DNA of 64,000 nucleotides from Trypanosoma brucei (Eukaryota): NCBI GenBank assembly GCA_000002445.1, contig CP000071.1, positions 2,272,001 to 2,336,000 of the forward strand, read 5' to 3'. Shown piece by piece: positions 56,241 to 64,000 of this stretch (position 1 is its first letter; each line of letters starts with the position of its first letter). The notes under the pieces were generated by a model. It saw only the letters and a program-made list of their open reading frames with translations, ran no database searches and was not told where the DNA came from. The position numbers and the translations under genes were made by a program.

Positions 56241-59200
56241 ATGGCTTCCTTCATGCGTCTTGTTACTCCACTTGGCGCTGCAGTGGCTTGCAGTCATCTC
56301 CTCATGGTTGTGTTACCGCTGCTGTTACTTATTCCTGGTTTATGTGCTGATAAAGACTGTAACAGTAGCAGTGTAACGGTGAGGGTGTATAATTTGTTGT
56401 ACAGCTTTAAGATATCAAGTAAAATCTATGAACCCGTCATTGCTGGTTTCAATGCCTCGCTACATGCGCATAATGATGATTTGCCGGCAAATGTGTGCAT
56501 AGAGGTCGAACATGTTCATGCCAGAAGCGATGAGGATTACGTCTCATATTTAAAGAATAAAATTGATGGAGATGCTGCTGTACAAAATAAGAGTGAACTG
56601 CCCATTGTGCTGGGACCTTTTGGTGATGTGACTACTCTCCATCTCACCAGGGAACTTGAGAAGTTTGAAATAGTGGCCTTTTCTCCCTTTACTGGATCTT
56701 CGGATGTGCGTGTGTGGAAAAAGAACCTGTACTATCTTACGGCATCGCCTGTTGCACAGGTGCTTGCACTAATTCGTTATGCAGTGAGTCAATTGAGGTT
56801 TCAGCGACTGGGTTTTATGTACCTGAAGGGTGTGTTTTATGGCGATAAGGAGTATAAGCTGACACTTAAGGTAATGTCGATTATGGGCCGTAAATTGTGC
56901 GGTGTTTTCGAATTAGACAGCTCTACTGATGGAAGGGCTTCTGATGATGATTTTGAGGCTGCATGGAAAAGGTTTGCTCCCACGATGCCACAAGGTGTAA
57001 TTGTGTTTGGTTCGCCAATTGAGGATACGAAGAGGTTCCTGATGAAGTTTTTAGGGAGCAATGAATTGAGAGGTGCTTATATATTAATTCCTTCCATGCT
57101 TCAATATGTTATCAAAAACAGTTGGGTGAAGGAGTTGGCCGTAAAGAATTTTGTGCCTGAGAGAGTGATACTGACGGGTCCGAGTCCACTTGCAAATGAT
57201 AATGAATACATAGCAGTACGGAAGTTTCAGACTGATATGGAGAAGTACCTGGAAACAAATGGGAAACTTAATGGTCACAATTATGAAAAGGGTCACTTTT
57301 ACCAGCACAGTACTGACGGAGAGTTGATGGTGCACGGATGGATCACAGGCGAGGTCTTGTGGCGTACACTGGGAAGTCGTGAATTACTGTGCAACCGTAC
57401 AGCTTACATGAACTCTCTGTACAACCAGCGTCGGTATGTTATCGATGATCTTGTGATTGGTGATTTTGGTGGTGAATGTGAGGGGAAGGCTGGTCAGCGT
57501 GGAGCTGCATGCAAATGTAATCAAGGTGGAAATGTTGTTTACATGAAGAGGATGGGAACTGATCGGAATCTACATCCTGTGAAGGAGGGTGTAGTGACTC
57601 TCGCTTCATCACGCTGCTATACGAATCTCTTACAACTGTATGCCCCATTGAATGGTATAATGTTTCGACTGGAAGACAATCCATTGGCGCAGCGGATTAC
57701 AGAGGAATATCGCGATGGCGCCTCCCCCGTTGTTGGAAAGGGCCAATTGGGTCAAGGTGATCGCTTCTTTTTGCATGAACTGAATTCGACATCGAGTGCG
57801 ACAAAGCACAACATGTTAGAGGAGGTTAAAGAGCGTGTTGTGACGGCCGTGTTCGGTGTTGTGGATGACGCGCTACTGTCGATGACAGATATGACATTTA
57901 TTGATCCCATTCCTCTCAGTCCCAGGTTGAAACACCCCGGAAGGAATGTGTTGCATTTGTCTCCAACAATTGAGCAGCAGATTTTTGTAATGGTGGAGCG
58001 TGTTGTGGTTCCGAATTCCTGGGGGAGTGTGCATGCCATTGTTCGCAGTAGTGATGCACGTGGAATAAAATCTGTTCTTCGAAAGACTTTTTGGGCACTT
58101 GGTGGGTCGCTGGGTGCTTTCGACGAAGTTACCGACGGTGAAAGTGTGAAGAGTTTGTTACCGCATAGCGGTTTCGTTCTCGTTATTGGTCTAACTGAAG
58201 CTGATATTACTGCAATTGCTGAGCATCTTGACAATCACAGGGAAGTGCGTGTATTTGTGTTATTCTTCGATGTGGCACTGCTGTACAGTGAGTTTGTGAA
58301 GGTATTCAAAAAGCATCCGCAAGCTGCCGAGCGGTTACTATTCGCAACAAGCCTACCACACTGGGCAGACAACAATACGACATCCGAGACGGTTCAGGAA
58401 TTTCACAGGGACGTGGGGAATGAGAGTAAATGGACTCCACTGGCGCTACTTGGGTACGCGACTGCACGTGCAATGGAAAGTGTTGTGTTGCAAATGGGGC
58501 GTGTGAACTCAGAAGAGCTTATCAACACTATATTCAGTCAGTCTGTAATTGTAGCGGATGACATGTGGTATGGACCCTTTGAGGACAGTTGTTCCAATAG
58601 CCGCTGGTCATCAGCGAAAGACTGCATTGTGAATTACGGTGCGACACATATTTCCGTGTGGTCCATGGCTCGTGTGTTGAATCCTTCCGTACCTCCTGTT
58701 AGTGGAGTAGCAACACCATCAATACGTTACTACAAAGATGGATTGAATATGACTGAGGAAGAATTTATTGGCACAATTGTGGGTACCATTTTGTGTTTGA
58801 TAGCACTTGTGCTGATAGTAATGCTTATGCGGAAATGTATGCGTGGGGATACTCGCGATAACGAGAACGCACCAAAAGAATTGACAGACCCCGTAACGCT
58901 AATATTCACTGACATCGAGAGCAGCACTGCGCAGTGGGCAGCACACCCTGAGCTTATGCCTGATGCCGTTGCAACACATCACCGCCTAATTCGCACATTG
59001 ATTTCCAAGTATGGATGCTATGAAGTGAAGACTGTTGGAGATTCTTTTATGATTGCATGCAAGAGCCCTTTCGCTGCTGCGCAATTAGCGTGTGACCTGC
59101 AGCGGTGCTTTTTAGAACATGATTGGAAGACTGATGTGTTTGATACGTCTTATCGTGAGTTTGAGCGGCAGCGTGCGGAAGATGATGGGGATTATGTTCC

Positions 59201-60044
59201 ACCCACTGGCCATCTTGACCCTGATGTTTACAGTCGGTTGTGGAATGGACTGCGAGTGCGTGTTGGAATCCACACCGGGTTGTGTGATATTCGGCATGAT
59301 GAAGTGACGAAAGGATATGACTTTTACGGTCGTACATCGAATATGGCAGCACGGACTGAGAGCATTGCTAATGGCGGGCAGGTGCTGTTGACACGTTCGA
59401 CATACCTTTCATTGAGTACTTCGGAGCGTGAGCAATTAAATGTGACTGCATTGGGTGATGTGCCATTGCGTGGTGTACCCAAACCTGTGGAGATGTACCA
59501 ATTGAATGCGGTACCCGGAAGGACATTTACTACACTGCGACTTGACCATGAGGTTGCTGATGACGAAGATACGAGTGTTTCTTGCAGTGATGGGAGTTCC
59601 ATTGGTGCAGTTCTCAGTGATGCCGCTCATCAGGTTGTTGCTTTTATTGAAGCACTACTTGGTGCATTCCCTACTGCGCAGCGTAAGAAATTACTTATGC
59701 CATTTTGTACCCGATGGGGAGTTTCGTTACCTTATAATGTTTCTGATACGTGGGATGCAACCACGTGCCGTAATGTCACTCGCCTGCTTGCCGCGAGGGT
59801 TGGTCGTGTTGTGGATTTTGGGACGAAGAATACTCATGACAGTGTACAATCCTTTGATAGACGCTCGGGAACTTTCCCACCTGGATTGGTTGCCTCTGTT
59901 CCTGAGGAGTGTAGTTTAGCTTCAACTTCCTCCTGTATTCAATCCAGCTGCAGTGTTGTGTACATGATGAATGGGTCAGATGATGATGATACCAGCAAAT
60001 ATTCCCCTAAGCATTGTAATATGTGTCCGTTATTGCCAGAATAA
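56241..60044 (+). CDS. GRESAG4: receptor-type adenylate cyclase, copy 7 (tail type 2)
   Basis: ORF 56097..60044, ATG at 56241. Full architecture intact. Confidence 0.92.
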   Translation: MASFMRLVTPLGAAVACSHLLMVVLPLLLLIPGLCADKDCNSSSVTVRVYNLLYSFKISSKIYEPVIAGFNASLHAHNDDLPANVCIEVEHVHARSDEDYVSYLKNKIDGDAAVQNKSELPIVLGPFGDVTTLHLTRELEKFEIVAFSPFTGSSDVRVWKKNLYYLTASPVAQVLALIRYAVSQLRFQRLGFMYLKGVFYGDKEYKLTLKVMSIMGRKLCGVFELDSSTDGRASDDDFEAAWKRFAPTMPQGVIVFGSPIEDTKRFLMKFLGSNELRGAYILIPSMLQYVIKNSWVKELAVKNFVPERVILTGPSPLANDNEYIAVRKFQTDMEKYLETNGKLNGHNYEKGHFYQHSTDGELMVHGWITGEVLWRTLGSRELLCNRTAYMNSLYNQRRYVIDDLVIGDFGGECEGKAGQRGAACKCNQGGNVVYMKRMGTDRNLHPVKEGVVTLASSRCYTNLLQLYAPLNGIMFRLEDNPLAQRITEEYRDGASPVVGKGQLGQGDRFFLHELNSTSSATKHNMLEEVKERVVTAVFGVVDDALLSMTDMTFIDPIPLSPRLKHPGRNVLHLSPTIEQQIFVMVERVVVPNSWGSVHAIVRSSDARGIKSVLRKTFWALGGSLGAFDEVTDGESVKSLLPHSGFVLVIGLTEADITAIAEHLDNHREVRVFVLFFDVALLYSEFVKVFKKHPQAAERLLFATSLPHWADNNTTSETVQEFHRDVGNESKWTPLALLGYATARAMESVVLQMGRVNSEELINTIFSQSVIVADDMWYGPFEDSCSNSRWSSAKDCIVNYGATHISVWSMARVLNPSVPPVSGVATPSIRYYKDGLNMTEEEFIGTIVGTILCLIALVLIVMLMRKCMRGDTRDNENAPKELTDPVTLIFTDIESSTAQWAAHPELMPDAVATHHRLIRTLISKYGCYEVKTVGDSFMIACKSPFAAAQLACDLQRCFLEHDWKTDVFDTSYREFERQRAEDDGDYVPPTGHLDPDVYSRLWNGLRVRVGIHTGLCDIRHDEVTKGYDFYGRTSNMAARTESIANGGQVLLTRSTYLSLSTSEREQLNVTALGDVPLRGVPKPVEMYQLNAVPGRTFTTLRLDHEVADDEDTSVSCSDGSSIGAVLSDAAHQVVAFIEALLGAFPTAQRKKLLMPFCTRWGVSLPYNVSDTWDATTCRNVTRLLAARVGRVVDFGTKNTHDSVQSFDRRSGTFPPGLVASVPEECSLASTSSCIQSSCSVVYMMNGSDDDDTSKYSPKHCNMCPLLPE

Positions 60045-60785
60045 TTGGATAAGGTTCAATACATGATCTGTGCATGTTTCTTTTTAGATTCATTGTTTTC
60101 GATAATATTCTTTTTAGGTTGTCTCTATTACTATGTATGCGCAGCATCCTCCTCACATGTTGGGTGCTTTGTGTTTTTTTGGTAATTGATAAATTTGTTT
60201 CAGGACGTTGCCAACCTATGGTAATAATAAGTATATGGGTAATAGTTTTTTTCCTTTATTATGCGATACCGGAGCATGCATATCACTGCTGATGCTCCGG
60301 CCCATAGTTTATGATATGTGTTCTTTTCCACCCCCGGTGAGCGGGTGTCAGGCAAAATGCACTGATATCCTCTTTTGGTGGGAATTTATAAGTTACCATG
60401 CTGGACAGTTGAGCCACCGTATTATTAACTTCTAATGTTGCTGTTGGTACAACATATCAGTGGTGTTCACTTTGCTTTCCTTTACTATTATATTGAAATG
60501 GATTATTGTTTTTTTCTTTTTGTGTGCATATATCTGTGTTTCGATATACCGTCACCACTCTACCACGTTGATGGATTGGGGAATGGCTACTGATTGATTA
60601 ATGCATGGTTTTTTGTCACTTTAATAACAACATTGTATTCCATGATGGCTTTCAGCAACTGACCCTTGTGTGTAATTTCCTGTTTATTTCCCTCTACTGA
60701 CACAAATCTTTTTTACTAATATCTTTTCCTTCTTTTATCACTTTCCAGGACTTGACAAGCCAAATATGTGAGACTGGCTATTGCA

Positions 60786-61056
60786 TTCGGAAGGACATTT
60801 ACTACATTGCGACTGGACCGTCGAATTATTGATGACGAAGATACGAGTGTTTCTTGCAGTGATGGGAGTTCCATTGGTGCAGTTCTCAGTGATGCCGCTT
60901 ATCAGGCCGTTGCTTTTATTGAAGCACTACTTGGTGCATTCCCTACTGCGCAGCGTAAGAAATTACTTATGCCATTTTGTAACCGATGGGGAGTTTCGGC
61001 GCCTTATAATGTTTCTGATACGTGGGATGCAACCACGTGCCATAATGTTACAGTCA
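60786..61056 (+). pseudogene. duplicated 3' coding fragment upstream of copy 8
   Basis: Same junction structure. Carries the RLDRRIIDDEDTS variant seen in copy 6. Confidence 0.85.
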
Positions 61057-61201
61057 CTTGTGTGTAATTGAATTTCAACTGCACTCTCTTCTGCTCCCTT
61101 TCGTGCCCTTACTTTATTGTTGTCTATTATCATTATTATCATTATTCTCTCATTTCTCTCCTTTAAGACTTACGAATTCCTCAAGTCAAGTCACCAGTGT
61201 T

Positions 61202-64000
61202 ATGGCTTCCTTCATGCGTCTTGTTACTCCACTTGGCGCTGCAGTGGCTTGCAGTCATCTCCTCATGGTTGTGTTACCGCTGCTGTTACTTATTCCTGGT
61301 TTATGTGCTGATAAAGACTGTAACAGCAGTGGTAAAGTGTCAGTGAAAGTGCACAGTTTGTTGTACAGCTCTAAGATATCAAGTAAAATCTATGAACCCG
61401 TCATTGCTGGTTTCAATGCCTCGCTACATGCGCATAATGATGATTTACCGGCAAATGTGTGCACAAAGGTTGAGCTCGTGCACGTTGTGAGTGGTGGGAA
61501 TCATATGAATACTATTGAGACGATGATTGGGGAGGGTGAAGAAAATAGTAATGAACTGCCCATTGTGCTGGGACCTTTTGGTGATGAGACTACTCTCCAT
61601 CTCACCTCGAAACTTGAGAAGTTAAAGGTAGTGGCCTTTTCTCCCTTTACTGGATCTTCGGATGTGCGTGTGTGGAAAAAGAATCTGTACTTCCTTACGG
61701 CATCGCCTGTTGCAGAGGTGCTTGCACTAATTCGTTATGCTGTGAGTCAATTGAGGCTTCAGCGACTGGGTTTTATGTACCTGAAGGGTGTGTTTTATGG
61801 CGATAAGGAGTACGAGCTGACACTTAAGGTAATGTCGATTATGGGCCGTAAATTGTGCGGTGTTTTCGAATTAGACAGCTCTACTGATAGAAGGGCTTCT
61901 GATGATGATTTTGAGGCTGCATGGAAAAGGTTTGCTCCCACGATGCCACAAGGTGTAATTGTGTTTGGTTCGCCAATTGAGGATACGAAGAGGTTCCTGA
62001 ATAGGTTATTGGGGAGCAATGAATTGAGAGGTGCTTATATATTAATTCCTTCCATGCTTCAATATGTTATCAAAAACAGTTGGCTGGATGATCTGCAATT
62101 ATTTAATTTGAATTTCTCGAAAGTGATAGTTGCGGGTCTGACTCCACTTGCAAATGATAATGAATACATAGCGGTACAGAAGTTTCAGACTGATATGGGG
62201 AAGTACCTGGGAAATAATGGAAAACTTAATGGTCACAATTATGAAAAGGGTCACTTCTACCAGCACAGTACTGACGGAGAATTGATGCTGCACGGATGGA
62301 TTGTGGGCGAGGTCTTGTGGCGTACACTGGGAAGTCGTGAATTACTGTGCAACCGTACAACTTACATGAACTCTCTGTACAACCAGCGTCGGTATGTTAT
62401 CGATGATCTTGTGATTGGTGATTTTGGTGGTGAATGTGAGGGGAAGGCTGGTCAGCGTGGAGCTGCATGCAAATGTAATCAAGGTGGAAATGTTGTTTAC
62501 ATGAAGAGGATGGGAACTGATCGGAATCTACATCCTGTGAAGGAGGGTGTAGTGACTCTCGCTTCATCACGCTGCTATACGAATCTCTTACAACTGTATG
62601 CCCCATTGAATGGTATAATGTTTCGACTAGAAGACAATCCATTGGCGCAGCGGATTACAGAGGAATATCGCGATGGCGCCTCCCTCGTTGTTGGAAAGGG
62701 CCAATTGGGTCAAGGTGATCGCTTCTTTTTGCATGAACTGAATTCGACATCGAGTGCGACAAAGCACAACATGTTAGAGGAGGTTAAAGAGCGTGTTGTG
62801 ACGGCTGTGTTCGGTGTTGTGGATGATGCGCTACTGTCGATGACAGATATGACATTTATTGATCCCATTCCTCTCAGTCCCAGGTTGAAACACCCCGGAA
62901 GGAATGCGTTGCATTTGTCTCCAACAATTGAGCAGCAGATTTTTGTTATAGTTAAAAACTTTGTTGTTAAAAATTCTTCAAGAAGAGTGCGTGCCATTGT
63001 TCGCGGTGGTGATGCACGTGGAATAAAATCTGTGCTACGAAGGACACTTTGGGTTTTTGGAAAGTTTTTGAGGGCAGTTGACACTATTAATGATGGTGAA
63101 AGTGTGAGGGGGATGTTGCATCGCAGTCGTGATTGTTTCGTTTTCGGTCTAACTGAAGCTGATATTACTGCAATTGCTGAGCATCTTGACAATCACAGGA
63201 AAGTGCGTGTATTTGTGTCGTTCTTCGATGTGGCACTGCTGTACAGTGAGTTTGTGAAGGTATTCAAAAAGCATCCGCAAGCTGCCGAGCGGTTACTATT
63301 CGCAACAAGCCTACCACACTGGGCAGACAACAATACGACATCCGAGACGGTTCAGGAATTTCACAGGGACGTGGGGATTCAGAGTAAATGGACTCCACTG
63401 GCGCTGCTTGGGTATGCGACTGCACGTGCAATGGAAAGTGTTGTGTCGCGAATGGGGCGTGTGAACTCAGAAGAGCTTATCAACGCCATATTCAGTCAGT
63501 CTGTAATTGTAGCGGATGACATGTGGTATGGACCCTTTGAGGACAGTTGCGCTAGCGGGTCCTCAGTGAAGGATTGCGCTGTGAATTACGGTGCGACACA
63601 TATTTCCGTGTGGTCCATGGCTCGTGTGTTGAATCCTTCCGTACCTCCTGTTAGCCAACCCGAAAGTCCATCGATACATTATTATAGTAATGGATTGAAT
63701 ATGACTGAGGAAGAATTTATTGGCACAATTGTGGGTACCATTTTGTGTTTGATAGCACTTGTGCTGATAGTAACAGTTATACGGAGGTTAATGCGTCTTA
63801 ACGCGCGGGATAACGAGAACGCACCAAAAGAATTGACAGACCCCGTAACGCTAATATTCACTGACATCGAGAGCAGCACTGCGCAGTGGGCAGCACACCC
63901 TGAGCTTATGCCTGATGCCGTTGCAACACATCACCGCCTAATTCGCACATTGATTTCCAAGTATGGATGCTATGAAGTGAAGACTGTTGGAGATTCTTTT
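61202..64000 (+). CDS. GRESAG4: receptor-type adenylate cyclase, copy 8: divergent paralog, partial (runs off the window end)
   Basis: ATG at 61202. Read by hand, the frame stays open through the divergent patches. No stop-terminated + ORF is listed in this interval, consistent with an open frame to base 64000. Divergent patches: CTKVELVHVVSGGNHMNTIETMIGEGEENSNE; VIVKNFVVKNSSRRVRAIVRGGDARG; RTLWVFGKFLRAVDTINDGESVRGMLHRSRDCFVFG; VTVIRRLMRLNARDNENAP at the juxtamembrane region. The catalytic domain start (LIFTDIESSTAQW...) is conserved. Confidence 0.8.
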   Translation, partial: MASFMRLVTPLGAAVACSHLLMVVLPLLLLIPGLCADKDCNSSGKVSVKVHSLLYSSKISSKIYEPVIAGFNASLHAHNDDLPANVCTKVELVHVVSGGNHMNTIETMIGEGEENSNELPIVLGPFGDETTLHLTSKLEKLKVVAFSPFTGSSDVRVWKKNLYFLTASPVAEVLALIRYAVSQLRLQRLGFMYLKGVFYGDKEYELTLKVMSIMGRKLCGVFELDSSTDRRASDDDFEAAWKRFAPTMPQGVIVFGSPIEDTKRFLNRLLGSNELRGAYILIPSMLQYVIKNSWLDDLQLFNLNFSKVIVAGLTPLANDNEYIAVQKFQTDMGKYLGNNGKLNGHNYEKGHFYQHSTDGELMLHGWIVGEVLWRTLGSRELLCNRTTYMNSLYNQRRYVIDDLVIGDFGGECEGKAGQRGAACKCNQGGNVVYMKRMGTDRNLHPVKEGVVTLASSRCYTNLLQLYAPLNGIMFRLEDNPLAQRITEEYRDGASLVVGKGQLGQGDRFFLHELNSTSSATKHNMLEEVKERVVTAVFGVVDDALLSMTDMTFIDPIPLSPRLKHPGRNALHLSPTIEQQIFVIVKNFVVKNSSRRVRAIVRGGDARGIKSVLRRTLWVFGKFLRAVDTINDGESVRGMLHRSRDCFVFGLTEADITAIAEHLDNHRKVRVFVSFFDVALLYSEFVKVFKKHPQAAERLLFATSLPHWADNNTTSETVQEFHRDVGIQSKWTPLALLGYATARAMESVVSRMGRVNSEELINAIFSQSVIVADDMWYGPFEDSCASGSSVKDCAVNYGATHISVWSMARVLNPSVPPVSQPESPSIHYYSNGLNMTEEEFIGTIVGTILCLIALVLIVTVIRRLMRLNARDNENAPKELTDPVTLIFTDIESSTAQWAAHPELMPDAVATHHRLIRTLISKYGCYEVKTVGDSF

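Noticed and set aside
26390-64000. CRISPR-like interpretation of the regular repeats
   Set aside because: The repeat unit is about 5 kb and protein-coding. The sequence is eukaryotic (kinetoplastid) with trans-splicing signals. It is not a CRISPR array or a prokaryotic defence locus.

Overview
This window is nuclear DNA from a kinetoplastid, most plausibly an African trypanosome. Every credible gene lies on the + strand, so the window reads as part of one polycistronic transcription unit. Coding ORFs are GC-richer. The intergenic spacers are 2.5-4.5 kb long, T/pyrimidine-rich, low in complexity and full of homopolymer runs and microsatellites. Polypyrimidine-AG trans-splice acceptor contexts lie upstream of the start codons. 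There is one 60-N assembly gap at 6563-6622.

The first ~26 kb carries five single-copy genes:
- a coiled-coil protein (1077-1997);
- a cold-shock-domain RNA-binding protein (2966-4480);
- a large serine-rich protein with a poly-Asp tract (8001-11519);
- two adjacent paralogous coiled-coil proteins (14234-16756 and 18844-21810) that each embed a domain closely resembling the dynein heavy-chain stalk and microtubule-binding domain.

From ~26.4 kb to the end of the window (~37.6 kb) there is a head-to-tail tandem array of at least eight receptor-type class III adenylate cyclase genes of the ESAG4/GRESAG4 type. Each encodes a signal peptide, a large extracellular domain, one transmembrane helix and an intracellular cyclase catalytic domain. 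The repeat unit is about 4.95 kb.

The array is structured by recombination:
- Each gene is preceded by a ~280-bp duplicated fragment of the 3' coding region, joined to the 5' UTR at the same junction in every unit.
- Both reciprocal products of unequal crossover between that fragment and the cognate 3' coding region are present. One is an extra 1.26-kb [3' end + spacer] sub-unit between copies 2 and 3. The other is a matching deletion that fuses copy 5 directly to the next unit.
- The extracellular N-terminal region shows patchwork (mosaic) variation between copies, consistent with gene conversion.
- Two subtypes of C-terminal tail and 3' spacer co-segregate.
- Copy 5 has a 1-nt frameshift in an A-run. 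Copy 4 has ambiguous bases. The last copy is a divergent paralog.

No prokaryotic-style systems (CRISPR, defence islands, operons) are present. The sequence is eukaryotic.
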